Below the pieces are notes generated by a model that saw nothing but the letters and a program-made list of their open reading frames with translations, had not been told where the DNA came from and did no database searches. This document shows positions 28,288-37,920 of a stretch of DNA of 64,000 nt, piece after piece. Made by a program: the position numbers and the translations under genes. Where the stretch lies: positions 32,001 through 96,000 of the IMG/VR virus record IMGVR_UViG_2597489997_000001, one strand, 5' to 3'. The DNA is from a virus. Its lineage: Duplodnaviria > Caudoviricetes. The first letter of the stretch is position 1. Every line of letters starts with the position of its first letter.

Positions 28288-30408
28288 ATGAGCAAGCAAA
28301 CTAAACAAGTTAACCAAATCAAACCGAATACCGCAGGTGTGGCTATCGGGATGAACGCAAACCGAGTGACTAACTCGTCAGCACGTCTGTACATGCTGGG
28401 TAAGAACCAGGGCAAGGCCGCTGTGATTTGGGGAAGTACTAACCGCAAATACAGTTCCGGTGATGAACAAGAGTATGCGGCAACTGCTCGTAAAGTAGAG
28501 GTCGACTCTGATGTAGAAGTCGAAGAGATCTTCTTTGTTAAGAACGTTCTTAACGATAAGGAACCAAACCTCTGGGGAACATATCAAGTCGTTGTTAAAG
28601 ACCTTGAGACGGGTTATTACGACGTGATTGAAATGCCTAAGTTCAACGCTCAAAATATGGACCTCGGTTTCGAGTACCATTATGACAATGACCTTATGCG
28701 TAAGCTGGTGAAAGGAGCAAGATTCTCCCGTGGTACGATCTTTGCAACATCTGCTCGTATCAGTGAGAGTAATGAATGGTGTCCTGGGGTTCAGACTATG
28801 GTCGCGGCAATGTCGCATGCCTATACTGAAGAGGACGCCGTCGTTATCTTTGACCATTATGCCAAGAAGATCGGTGTAACGTTCAAACGTAGTTTTGATC
28901 ACCAGTGGAATGAAGACGAATACGTTCCTCTTAACTTGTATAGTGACGATCCTGATAATCCACAGATGTGTCCGTTGTCTGGACAACGTGTGCGAGATGA
29001 CGGTATCGTAATGGGCTTCCGCCGTAAAGATGCAGATGCAGCTATGGCGAGTATGACCAAGAAAGCACTTATGACCCCAGATCCAATTTATGATACTCTC
29101 TTCTATGCAGCTCCCGGCTGTATCGTGGCAGACATCTTAGTTGAGACTGAACGTTATAAGAACCTGTCCAACAACAAGCGTGCTGAAAAGCGTTCACAAC
29201 CTCATACACGTATTCTGGAGCGTTTAGAGGAAGAACAGAACGCCTTCGCTAACTCCATTGTGAAATGGTATCGCGATAAGCAGCGTCAGTATCTGGATAA
29301 ACGCCCACCACTGACCAAGGCATTATGGAACCTTATTATGTTCCAGGGTCAAGGTGCGATCACCCGTGACTTTACCACACCAAGCAGCAACGGTAAGTTC
29401 ACCAAGATCAAACGTAAGATGGGTAACATCCAGCTGAAAGACTGGCGCGTTCAGATCTTCCTTAAAGAAGATGTGGAAGGCAAAGTTCGTTTCAAGAACA
29501 CTGGTATGGACGGTAACAAATCTGTAATCATGAAGATCCTCCCAAGCTCTATGGCACCGGTAGATGATCATGGTAATATGGCGGATATGATCGTGGGTAA
29601 CACCCCTGGATTCCGTCGTCAGATTTATAGTTCGTTTATCGAACTGGATGTGAACTTTATCAACATCCACCTTTATCCTAAGATCGTTGAAGCATACGAG
29701 AAAAAGGAATACGACAAGGCATTCAAAATTGCTCGTGACTTCTATGACACCGTCTCCCCTGAACAAGCGGCGATGCTGGACGAGTTGGACGAGAAAGGAC
29801 GAATGAGTCACCTTCATTGGATCATGAAGGATGAAAACGAATTTGCAGCACTGGGTAACAATACCAATGACCTGCAAGGCGTTAAGATTGTCGAACGTTT
29901 GGTCGATAACTATCCTGAGATCCAACCAACACCTGTAACTTATATGAACGAGTTCGGAGAACAAATCCGTACCCGTCACCCAATCGTGATTAGTTCCGTC
30001 TATTATATCATGTTGGATAAGTTCGGTGATGATATCTCTTGTCAGTCCACTCCGAAACTGAACATCTTCGGCTTACCGACCTCGTTGTCGAAACATGAGC
30101 GAGCCCGTGATTTCTATCGTGCAACTCTGAACCGAAATGTGGGTGAAACTGAAGGTCGTCTGTATATCAACCAGAAAGGCGGCGCAGCTGCTGTTCGTAT
30201 CCTGGCTCTGGCTAACTCCGCTGAGTTACTGGAGGAATCGGTTAAGCGCTTAATCCGTGCAGATAACCCATTCACTATCGAGCGTCTGGTTTATCCTGGT
30301 GAAGAGAAGAACAACCACTCTCTCCAGGTTATCGATAGCATGTTGTCCGACTTTGGCTTAGTATTAAGGAAAGAAAGTGAAGAAGATAAAACTCCGGGAA
30401 TTTGCTAA
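28288..30408 (+). CDS. non-virion RNA polymerase beta C-terminal subunit (phiKZ gp71/73-like), uninterrupted
   Basis: SSAR, EEDAVV, GMDGNKSVI, RNVGETE motifs. Confidence 0.9.
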   Translation: MSKQTKQVNQIKPNTAGVAIGMNANRVTNSSARLYMLGKNQGKAAVIWGSTNRKYSSGDEQEYAATARKVEVDSDVEVEEIFFVKNVLNDKEPNLWGTYQVVVKDLETGYYDVIEMPKFNAQNMDLGFEYHYDNDLMRKLVKGARFSRGTIFATSARISESNEWCPGVQTMVAAMSHAYTEEDAVVIFDHYAKKIGVTFKRSFDHQWNEDEYVPLNLYSDDPDNPQMCPLSGQRVRDDGIVMGFRRKDADAAMASMTKKALMTPDPIYDTLFYAAPGCIVADILVETERYKNLSNNKRAEKRSQPHTRILERLEEEQNAFANSIVKWYRDKQRQYLDKRPPLTKALWNLIMFQGQGAITRDFTTPSSNGKFTKIKRKMGNIQLKDWRVQIFLKEDVEGKVRFKNTGMDGNKSVIMKILPSSMAPVDDHGNMADMIVGNTPGFRRQIYSSFIELDVNFINIHLYPKIVEAYEKKEYDKAFKIARDFYDTVSPEQAAMLDELDEKGRMSHLHWIMKDENEFAALGNNTNDLQGVKIVERLVDNYPEIQPTPVTYMNEFGEQIRTRHPIVISSVYYIMLDKFGDDISCQSTPKLNIFGLPTSLSKHERARDFYRATLNRNVGETEGRLYINQKGGAAAVRILALANSAELLEESVKRLIRADNPFTIERLVYPGEEKNNHSLQVIDSMLSDFGLVLRKESEEDKTPGIC

Positions 30409-32401
30409 TCTCTCTTGTCTCTCCATGCTTCAGTTCACTGAACGTCGAGTGAAGATTGAGGTTATGGACGATCAGGAACAAACGGTTGTCACCGATACAT
30501 GGATGATGGCCCTAACCTGGTTCAGTCTCGTAGTACATCGTCACTTCAATAAAGAACCGTATCATATCGATGAGGTTGCAATACTTAAGTCGGAGAAAGG
30601 TCGTCAGGCATTTGTTGATGACAACTTACTTAAGAAACCAATCGATAACTTCCTGGGTCGTTTAATGCCCCAGTATGATGATCCGGTCTTCTATGACTTT
30701 GTTAAACAATTGGTGTTTACTTGGCACAACCAGGTTCACAACTATATGTGTATCAAGTCTGAAGATGCAGTAGTGTCTGCACGTGCAGTTGATATCGTTC
30801 ACGTATATCGTCATCCTAAGGTTGCTGACCTGAAGAAGCGAGTGCGTGAGCGTACAACGAATCTGGCTGATGCAGGTAAAGAGTTCGAGCAGATCATGAT
30901 GACGGAACCGGAATTCGATAAATCCGTATTTGGTCTCCTGTATCGTACTCGTTCGGTATCTTCTATTCAGTCGTTCCAGTTGGTGATTGCTCGAGGTGAC
31001 GTATTCGACCTGAACAACGTTATCTTACCAAACACCGTAATGACGTCTTATGCTGATGGTATCACAAACCTGGCTGACTCATTAGGGGACTCCAAAGGTG
31101 CTGGGTTCTCACTTATCAGTAACGGCTCTGCACTACAGGACTCCGAGTGGTTCCATAAAAAGATCCACAACGTTTCCCAAGTTGTTCAATCTGTTCAGTA
31201 TCAGACGGACTGTGGTTCTCAAATAGGACCTATCCTGAAGATTATCAGCAAGGAGTTTAAGAAGTCCCTGGCTGGTCGTTGGCGTATATTAGAAGACGGC
31301 TCCAATGAGCTTCTGATTGGTCCAGCACTGGATAAGATCGAAACCGGTGACGTAATCCAGATTCGTGATGTGGCTTGGTGTCATCTTTCTCATAAAGGTA
31401 AACCATGTTCTAAGTGTTTCGGTAAAATGGAATCAGCTTTACCATATAACCCGTACACGAAGAAATCAGCAGTTCCAGGTTTGTTCTATGGTTCAACATT
31501 TGCTGAACCTATCGGACAGTCTATCCTGAAAACTAAGCACCGTATCGGATCCGCAACATCCGTAGGGTTCAAGGTGCAACGTCAGGATATGGATTATATT
31601 ACCACGGATGAAGCAGGTGACTTCATTTACTTCAAGAAGGATATCTTGAACGAAGATGCCGATCCATACATTATCCTGGATAAAGAAACTCAACAGGACT
31701 TCTCTGACTTCCAATTCATGGATAGCTTAGATGACCTGGACACAACTCGTCTGCGTACTTATGAGACGATTAAGTTGCGCGTCAATATCGTTAACCCAAT
31801 GTTCGATGACAGAAAGGCAACACACTTCCCGATTCTTACCACAACGGTCGCATCTCGTGATGCTCGTATGACTAAGACACTGGTTGAGTATCTGCTTTCT
31901 AAGAACATGGAAGAAGAAGGTCGTACCTTTAAGATCAGTCTGAAAGACTATGATTTCAAAGAGCCTGCTTTTGAACTTCCTCAGGTTAACGAAGATCTGG
32001 ATGCTTATCGTAAACGTGTAGAGAACTTCTTGAAGTTCCCTCATATCAACCGTCGTTGGGATGTCAAAGTTACTCCTGAGTTACATGGGGAGACAATGAT
32101 CGCATTCTGGAAGGTTGTAGACGAGAAGTATAAGGATGCTAACTCTATCATGCACTCTATCTTCCTGTGGGCATGTATGGGACGCGATCCTGAAAATCTG
32201 GATTATGGTATTCCAATCGGTGACCAACCGCGTAACTTCGTGTCTATGCATGAAGCGATCCTTAACCGTGGTCTGGGGAACACCTTGTTGTATGGTTGGC
32301 AGGCGAACGCCTTATTAGGTAGTCCGCTTAACTTCCTGATCAAAAACCGTCAGGGTGGGGTGCTCGAAGCATTTACTCACCCTATCGCTAGAGAAGCATA
32401 A
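30377..32401 (+). CDS. non-virion RNA polymerase beta' C-terminal subunit (phiKZ gp74-like)
   Basis: LQDSEWF, TDCG, CSKCFG, EPIGQSILKTKH; GTG start overlapping the previous gene. Confidence 0.9.
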   Translation: MKKIKLREFANLSCLSMLQFTERRVKIEVMDDQEQTVVTDTWMMALTWFSLVVHRHFNKEPYHIDEVAILKSEKGRQAFVDDNLLKKPIDNFLGRLMPQYDDPVFYDFVKQLVFTWHNQVHNYMCIKSEDAVVSARAVDIVHVYRHPKVADLKKRVRERTTNLADAGKEFEQIMMTEPEFDKSVFGLLYRTRSVSSIQSFQLVIARGDVFDLNNVILPNTVMTSYADGITNLADSLGDSKGAGFSLISNGSALQDSEWFHKKIHNVSQVVQSVQYQTDCGSQIGPILKIISKEFKKSLAGRWRILEDGSNELLIGPALDKIETGDVIQIRDVAWCHLSHKGKPCSKCFGKMESALPYNPYTKKSAVPGLFYGSTFAEPIGQSILKTKHRIGSATSVGFKVQRQDMDYITTDEAGDFIYFKKDILNEDADPYIILDKETQQDFSDFQFMDSLDDLDTTRLRTYETIKLRVNIVNPMFDDRKATHFPILTTTVASRDARMTKTLVEYLLSKNMEEEGRTFKISLKDYDFKEPAFELPQVNEDLDAYRKRVENFLKFPHINRRWDVKVTPELHGETMIAFWKVVDEKYKDANSIMHSIFLWACMGRDPENLDYGIPIGDQPRNFVSMHEAILNRGLGNTLLYGWQANALLGSPLNFLIKNRQGGVLEAFTHPIAREA

Positions 32402-32436
32402 CCCAATTAGGACAAGGACGTCCTTGGAGATTTAAA

Positions 32437-32769
32437 ATGATTACGTTAGCAGATAACATCGATGCAGGTTTCCTGAAGAAAGTATTGCTGGGAAAAATTG
32501 AGCAATACAACAATAACGAATTGGCGACCGGTTATTACCAAGCCCATAAACAGTTGCCCCCACGTGCTGTTTCATTCGCTCATATTACGGTTCGTCATCC
32601 AACGTTTGACGAGAGTATTATTGATGCTTGTTTGGAAGAGTTCAAGAAACAAGCAGGTGACTTTAAACTGACCCTATCAGCACTGGATGTTTTTATCGGC
32701 GCTGGTAAGTTTGGTTGGGAAGTTAAGTTTGAAGTGTTCAAATACGTCGCTCGTTTAGACGAGGTTTAA
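32437..32769 (+). CDS. hypothetical protein
   Basis: GGAGA RBS. Confidence 0.75.
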   Translation: MITLADNIDAGFLKKVLLGKIEQYNNNELATGYYQAHKQLPPRAVSFAHITVRHPTFDESIIDACLEEFKKQAGDFKLTLSALDVFIGAGKFGWEVKFEVFKYVARLDEV

Positions 32770-32973
32770 ATGGCCAAGCGTCTCCAGGTAGATGTTTCTG
32801 ATGAAACGTTCGACAAATTGTCCGTAATAAAGGATAAGACTAACGCATCTCAGGGTGAGGTAGTCAGTAAAGCAATTAAGTTATATTCCCACATCATGAA
32901 TGCGTTAAACGATGATGGTTCTCTTACTTATCTGAACGTAAATGGTAAGGAAGTTAAACTTATCATTCTTTAA
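32770..32973 (+). CDS. ribbon-helix-helix (CopG/Arc-like) DNA-binding protein
   Basis: KRLQVDVS beta strand, DETFDKL helix, SQGEVVSKAIKLY helix. Confidence 0.75.
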   Translation: MAKRLQVDVSDETFDKLSVIKDKTNASQGEVVSKAIKLYSHIMNALNDDGSLTYLNVNGKEVKLIIL

Positions 32974-32983
32974 GGAAATTTAA

Positions 32984-33301
32984 ATGACCTTACTTGATAA
33001 CCAGAATGATACCATCACTGTAACCATGAAGATGGACAGTGAAATGAAGATGCCAGGTCGCGGACCCTTTGCGGGATTCCCAAAACTTCGTATCGTCGGT
33101 GTCATCGAAGGTGACAAAAATACTGCGACTGACTTCTGGCCTACCGCCGAGTCTATCCCTAGTACACGTCATCCAAAAACTATCCGGTTGATTAATCTCA
33201 ACTGGCAAAAGAAAACTGCACGAGTAGAATACGACGACACATCAAAGATCATTAAGGTCTTTGGTGGTAACGTTGATTCTGTTGTGATCAAAATCTCTTA
33301 A
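32984..33301 (+). CDS. hypothetical beta-rich protein (family B, copy 1)
   Basis: TAAGGA RBS; C-terminal YDDTSKIIKVFGG. Confidence 0.75.
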   Translation: MTLLDNQNDTITVTMKMDSEMKMPGRGPFAGFPKLRIVGVIEGDKNTATDFWPTAESIPSTRHPKTIRLINLNWQKKTARVEYDDTSKIIKVFGGNVDSVVIKIS

Positions 33302-33310
33302 GGATTAGAA

Positions 33311-33811
33311 ATGATAAAGAAAGTGCTTGAAGACTTTATCAAGGTTTGGACTGCGTACGAAGGCAATAACCTGGAACTAGGTGACGCTGTAAAACGTATC
33401 AACTCCGGGGATTGTGGCCTTACAGCCATTGCTGTTCATCACGTACTAAAACATAAGTACGGTATTGAAACGACTGTTCTTCTCAACCGTAATCATTGCT
33501 GGCTTCATTTCGGCGGTAAGGATTATGATAGCATGGCTGTTAACGGTTATGCTAACTCAGCTAATGAGGCATGGTCTGAAAAGGGTGATCCTAACCCAGT
33601 TCACGAGTTGACCTTTAAGGAAGCTTGTGATGAATGGATGCCGTGCGACACATATGGCGGTTATCTGGTCAAAGCGTTTGTTGAACGCTACGGGCTGACA
33701 CTCCCTACTGAACTCCAGCACTGCATCGACAATGCTGAAGAGTATGAGGGCGAGCAAGGTATTCCTGCCATTCTGGTTCGTTATGAATCTGCTAAGGCCA
33801 TTCCTTTATAA
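33311..33811 (+). CDS. putative papain/transglutaminase-fold Cys-His-Asp enzyme
   Basis: INSGDCGLTA...NHCWL...YDS. Confidence 0.6.
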   Translation: MIKKVLEDFIKVWTAYEGNNLELGDAVKRINSGDCGLTAIAVHHVLKHKYGIETTVLLNRNHCWLHFGGKDYDSMAVNGYANSANEAWSEKGDPNPVHELTFKEACDEWMPCDTYGGYLVKAFVERYGLTLPTELQHCIDNAEEYEGEQGIPAILVRYESAKAIPL

Positions 33812-33889
33812 GTAGATATCATTAATTCGGTAAAGAGAGTACCTTTATAGTATGATGAGATATTCGTCATACACATAAAAGGTTACACC

Positions 33890-34120
33890 ATGATTACCGC
33901 TATAAATGAAATGAAACCTGGGGAGTGCTTTAGTGTGGCTTCCGATGAAGGTGGAATTAAAAAGGCTCCTTGTCTGAGAAAGATATTAGCTGTAGGGAAC
34001 ACAGCTGTTGCATCTACTGAATTCAATGACCGGGGTTATACCTATAAACTGAAAATGGATAATTACTTGGGTAGTGAACCTATGAAGGATGGTAACACTC
34101 TCCATAAATTCAGCAAATAA
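33890..34120 (+). CDS. small protein (family A, copy 1)
   Basis: Paralogue of 34325..34570 (AI...PG, KAPC, GY, M.NY.G, T.H.F.K). Confidence 0.75.
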   Translation: MITAINEMKPGECFSVASDEGGIKKAPCLRKILAVGNTAVASTEFNDRGYTYKLKMDNYLGSEPMKDGNTLHKFSK

Positions 34121-34129
34121 GGTAACGCG

Positions 34130-34315
34130 ATGGAATATAAGATCCACGAAATAGTTCGTCACGCCAAAGAGAATCAGGTTCAGATCAACTACATCTGGCA
34201 TCCAGCCAGACCGGTTGCTCCGAAAGGACTCTATGGTTTAAAGATTCGTATCAAAGGTGCCCTGAAAGTATTGACGGGTAAAGCTGATACTGTTGTTTGG
34301 CCTGGTAACCAATAA
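34130..34315 (+). CDS. small phage protein with WxPARP...VLTGKAD..W motif
   Basis: TAAGGT RBS. Confidence 0.75.
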   Translation: MEYKIHEIVRHAKENQVQINYIWHPARPVAPKGLYGLKIRIKGALKVLTGKADTVVWPGNQ

Positions 34316-34324
34316 GGTTCAGAA

Positions 34325-34570
34325 ATGACCATTAAAGCAATTAGTGACATCCGTCCTGGTAACTACGTGTTCATCAAGTCTGATGCTATCTGTGACAAAG
34401 CTCCTTGCACTAAACGTGTAAAGGAAGTTACAGCTAAAGGTTTCATCTCCGATGATTCTGATGACGATGGTTACGAGTTCCCATTAGATATGGGTAACTA
34501 CGACGGCACCATTGACATCGGTTCCACCGCAGAGAAACCACCAAAAACTATCCACCAGTTTAATAAATAA
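34325..34570 (+). CDS. small protein (family A, copy 2)
   Basis: Paralogue of 33890..34120. Confidence 0.75.
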   Translation: MTIKAISDIRPGNYVFIKSDAICDKAPCTKRVKEVTAKGFISDDSDDDGYEFPLDMGNYDGTIDIGSTAEKPPKTIHQFNK

Positions 34571-34571
34571 C

Positions 34572-34608
34572 GGGAGAGAGGGGCTTCGGCTCCTCTCCCC
34601 TATGTTTG
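34572..34608 (+). terminator. UUCG hairpin plus TATGTTTG
   Basis: gggagagaggggc-ttcg-gctcctctcccc-tatgtttg. Confidence 0.65.
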
Positions 34609-34617
34609 GAGATTGTC

Positions 34618-34899
34618 ATGAAAGTAGTAACAATTAGTAAGGGCGAAGAGGTCCAGATTAGTTTGGCTGGAATCACTCACTTCTGGTTAAACACAATCGA
34701 AAAGGAGGACGGTTCTATTATCACCAAAGTCAAACCGGCCTACCCGTCTGAGTTTGATTCGAAGTCTCCTTTGCGTTGTAACTATAACTATGACGGCATG
34801 ACGCCCACTCTTATTTACGACTCAGAAACCAAAACGCTGAAAGCGTCCGGTTGGGGTTATACAAAAATGACTTTCACTTTTAATAAGGAAAGTTCGTGA
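34618..34899 (+). CDS. hypothetical beta-rich protein (family B, copy 2)
   Basis: GGAGA RBS; C-terminal YDSETKTLKASGWG. Confidence 0.75.
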   Translation: MKVVTISKGEEVQISLAGITHFWLNTIEKEDGSIITKVKPAYPSEFDSKSPLRCNYNYDGMTPTLIYDSETKTLKASGWGYTKMTFTFNKESS

Positions 34900-35366
34900 T
34901 CAAAGAAGAACACATTAAAGCGGCTGCGGCCATTGTAGATAACTTAACTCAAAAAGGAACCACCATGTCTCATAAAGTAGCTGTAGATAACGTAGAACCA
35001 ATCATTGGCAAATCAACCTTCTATACCGTTAAGAACGGCGAAGTGACCCCAATCACTGAAGATCTGCCTTCCAACGTTATCTTTATTCTGAACTGCATCA
35101 AAGTGACCCAAGACGATAAAGAAATCGTTCTGGGCAAAGAACAAGATGGTAAACGTTTTGTTCCTTCCTTTGAACTGTCTAAGTCAGAGACAGAGTTCAT
35201 CATTAACTACTTTGCGGAGGCTACCGAAGACCAACCTGCGATCAAACTACGCGGTACCGTCGATCTGGAAACTCGCACCATTTCTATTACCGGTGAAGGG
35301 TTTGAAACTGCTGAAGTTGAAGTAGTTGAATTTGCTCAGCAGGACGCTCCAGAAGCGACTGAGTAA
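34896..35366 (+). CDS. hypothetical protein (family B, copy 3; alternative start 34965)
   Basis: C-terminal VDLETRTISITGEG. Confidence 0.75.
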   Translation: MIKEEHIKAAAAIVDNLTQKGTTMSHKVAVDNVEPIIGKSTFYTVKNGEVTPITEDLPSNVIFILNCIKVTQDDKEIVLGKEQDGKRFVPSFELSKSETEFIINYFAEATEDQPAIKLRGTVDLETRTISITGEGFETAEVEVVEFAQQDAPEATE

Positions 35367-35373
35367 TGATGCC

Positions 35374-35397
35374 TTGGGGTAGTTAAGGCTACCCCAA
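35374..35397. terminator. hairpin
   Basis: ttggggtagt-taag-gctaccccaa. Confidence 0.55.
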
Positions 35398-35503
35398 AAA
35401 GGAAGCTGTATTTAGTTACTGAGTTCGCAATCTGATAGCCAAGTATACTTTGGGCCTGCATGTTGCCTAGGTTCCTTAGAAACTATGTGTGAGGTTTATA
35501 AGA

Positions 35504-37048
35504 ATGCGCCGGACGCTAGTTATCCATAAAGGGCACTCGTATGTCCGCCTGACTGACTATAAACCTGAACTCATGCAGCAAATATTACTTCCTTTTTGCA
35601 AGAGGAATTTTTACCGAGTTCAGAAAACGCCAGTTCCTGGTGGCGGACCAAATGCCATAAAGTGGGAAGTCAGTCATGTCTTCGCTCGTTTCAATAATGA
35701 CAAGACAGAACTTCGGTTCAATGCTGAGAAACTCCCAGATCTGTTAAAGATGATGGAAGAGAATGGTTATAACAAATCTCGGATATTAATCGAAACAGAG
35801 CCAGAAATTGAAGGTGCCAATGCGGTCATCAAGCTGAAAGATCCGAAGATCAAACCTCGTAACGAATTGCAGGAAGATTACTGTCAGTTCATGCTAGGTC
35901 CAAAACCAGTTGTTGTGAATAACGCGACCACTGGCTTCGGTAAAAGCTTCATGGCTATTTGGACAGCATACATGTTACAGAAGAGAACACTGATAACCGT
36001 ACTCCCCAGATATGTTGATATTTGGGTTAAGACGATTGCAGAGTTCCTTAACGTTCACCCCACGGATATCCTGGTGGCAGATACGTTTGGTATAGAGAAA
36101 CTTCACCAGATCATGAAAGACGGTTTGGTTAACCCTTCCTTTATCATACTCCCTCTGACCAAGATTGACGTATATATTAAGCGCATGAAGGAAGATTCTT
36201 CATTGCCAGGTTTGGATGAAGTATTCACGGACTTGAACTGCGGCTATCGTATTATCGATGAAGCACACGAATCGATCTATTCGGTTTACATGTCCATGAT
36301 GTTCGGTAACCACAAGAAGACCGCTGCATTGTCAGCTACTCTCTCTGGTGACGATGACTTCGTCAATGGTATCTACAGTCAGATATTCCCTCATCACGCG
36401 TACCTTAGACCTCCTGAGTACACCAAGTACATTCACGTCATTGCATATACTCACCGCATCGATGTGAACCGATACAGAATCCAAGCAAAAGGATTCGGCG
36501 GTTATTCTCATGTGAAGTTTGAACAAGCTGTGATGAAAAGCAGTCATGTTTGGGAACAGTATTATCAGATGCTTAAAGAGGCATTTGTGACTTACTACCT
36601 GGATACATATCGAGAAGGTCAGAAGGCCATGTGGTTCTTCCAGACCGTTGAGATGTGTGACCTGTTCCTGAAACGGCTCAAGAAAGACTATCCTGATTTA
36701 GATGCGATAACATTCACGGCAGAGCAGAGTGCGAAGAAGGAAACCAAATCAGCCTATAGAGAGCACAGAGTCGTTATTACAACTCCGGGTTCCTGTGGTA
36801 CTGGTAAGGACATCCCTCAGCTCTACATCGTGTTCAGTCCTGTTTCGGTGAGTTCTTCTCAGCGTAACGACCAGATGGTTGGACGTACTCGTCCGATTGA
36901 CAAATGGTGGCCTGACCTCGATCCGATCTTCTTGTACTTCGTATGTCCTGACATTGCGAAACAAGTTGATTACCATCGGAAACGTAAACAGATCTTCGAT
37001 AAGAAAATGAAGAAGTTTACGTTGATAGACTCTGGATCGCGTATTTAA
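35504..37048 (+). CDS. SF2 DExH helicase (phiKZ gp75/UvsW-like)
   Basis: TTGFGKS Walker A, IIDEAH, SAT, GKDIP, QMVGRTR. Confidence 0.92.
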   Translation: MRRTLVIHKGHSYVRLTDYKPELMQQILLPFCKRNFYRVQKTPVPGGGPNAIKWEVSHVFARFNNDKTELRFNAEKLPDLLKMMEENGYNKSRILIETEPEIEGANAVIKLKDPKIKPRNELQEDYCQFMLGPKPVVVNNATTGFGKSFMAIWTAYMLQKRTLITVLPRYVDIWVKTIAEFLNVHPTDILVADTFGIEKLHQIMKDGLVNPSFIILPLTKIDVYIKRMKEDSSLPGLDEVFTDLNCGYRIIDEAHESIYSVYMSMMFGNHKKTAALSATLSGDDDFVNGIYSQIFPHHAYLRPPEYTKYIHVIAYTHRIDVNRYRIQAKGFGGYSHVKFEQAVMKSSHVWEQYYQMLKEAFVTYYLDTYREGQKAMWFFQTVEMCDLFLKRLKKDYPDLDAITFTAEQSAKKETKSAYREHRVVITTPGSCGTGKDIPQLYIVFSPVSVSSSQRNDQMVGRTRPIDKWWPDLDPIFLYFVCPDIAKQVDYHRKRKQIFDKKMKKFTLIDSGSRI

Positions 37049-37102
37049 TAACTGGACCTTGGGACCTTTGGGTTCCAGGGTTCATGTCTTTTGGCGGTAA
37101 CA

Positions 37103-37543
37103 ATGAATGTATTAAATTTAGTATCGTTTAATGTCCGTGCTCCAGAAATTGCTCAGCTAGACACGTTACAAGTTGTAGCCGCTGGCTTGAACATTTTACT
37201 GGACGGACATAAAGCATTAGGGTTGGATATGGAGGACTTCAGTTTAATGGAGAACGCCAACCTTACCATGGGTGATCATGCATCTGAACTCTGTAACGGT
37301 TCAGATGAAGACTTTGACCGAATCTATAAGAATGCCAAGAATGTGCTAAATACCGTGTTAGCAACTCAAGGTGAAGAGTTGGTTGGGTTCGCTGCTAATC
37401 TATTAAGCATCGATGACATGATGACGTTTGAGTATCCTGGTCTTATAAGACTCTGCGTGAAAGAGGGTAGCAGAAATGGAAACGCTGGAAGTAGTCTCCT
37501 TTACCTTACCAAATCCGCGTATTGTTCAGGCTATTCATACTAA
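37103..37543 (+). CDS. hypothetical protein
   Basis: ORF after hairpin at about 37053-37084. Confidence 0.7.
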   Translation: MNVLNLVSFNVRAPEIAQLDTLQVVAAGLNILLDGHKALGLDMEDFSLMENANLTMGDHASELCNGSDEDFDRIYKNAKNVLNTVLATQGEELVGFAANLLSIDDMMTFEYPGLIRLCVKEGSRNGNAGSSLLYLTKSAYCSGYSY

Positions 37544-37880
37544 ACCTATCGTCCTCCACGAGATCGTTGTATTTGTGCTCGGCAAACAGTTGATTTTGGG
37601 ACCTACTGAAAAGTATAGTTTTGATAACCGCATGCTTGAGTACATGGTGTCTTGTTTGGATCCACTGGATAAGACATCGGTTGTTAACGGCGATGACAAT
37701 GTTACGTTAATTTACTTAGAGTTAATCGACATTATCGAAAAGATTCAGCAAGGATATGTTTATCAGTCCCTGCTGAATGGAGGAGAGGTTTACCTTAAAT
37801 ATGACTATGATATTGGAAGAAGGTTTTCGAAAATTAGGTTGTACACCGATACCTATGAATACGGGGACCCCGTTTTATAA
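37476..37880 (+). CDS. hypothetical protein
   Basis: GAGGG RBS; 68-nt overlap with the previous ORF. Confidence 0.7.
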   Translation: METLEVVSFTLPNPRIVQAIHTKPIVLHEIVVFVLGKQLILGPTEKYSFDNRMLEYMVSCLDPLDKTSVVNGDDNVTLIYLELIDIIEKIQQGYVYQSLLNGGEVYLKYDYDIGRRFSKIRLYTDTYEYGDPVL

Positions 37881-37920
37881 CGAACCACTCGATTTACTTT
37901 ACTTAACTGGAGTATCACAG

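Noticed and set aside
30377-30408. Frameshift fusion of the nvRNAP beta and beta' subunits at their overlap
   Set aside because: GTG 30377 has a well-spaced TAAGGA RBS; ordinary translational coupling is enough
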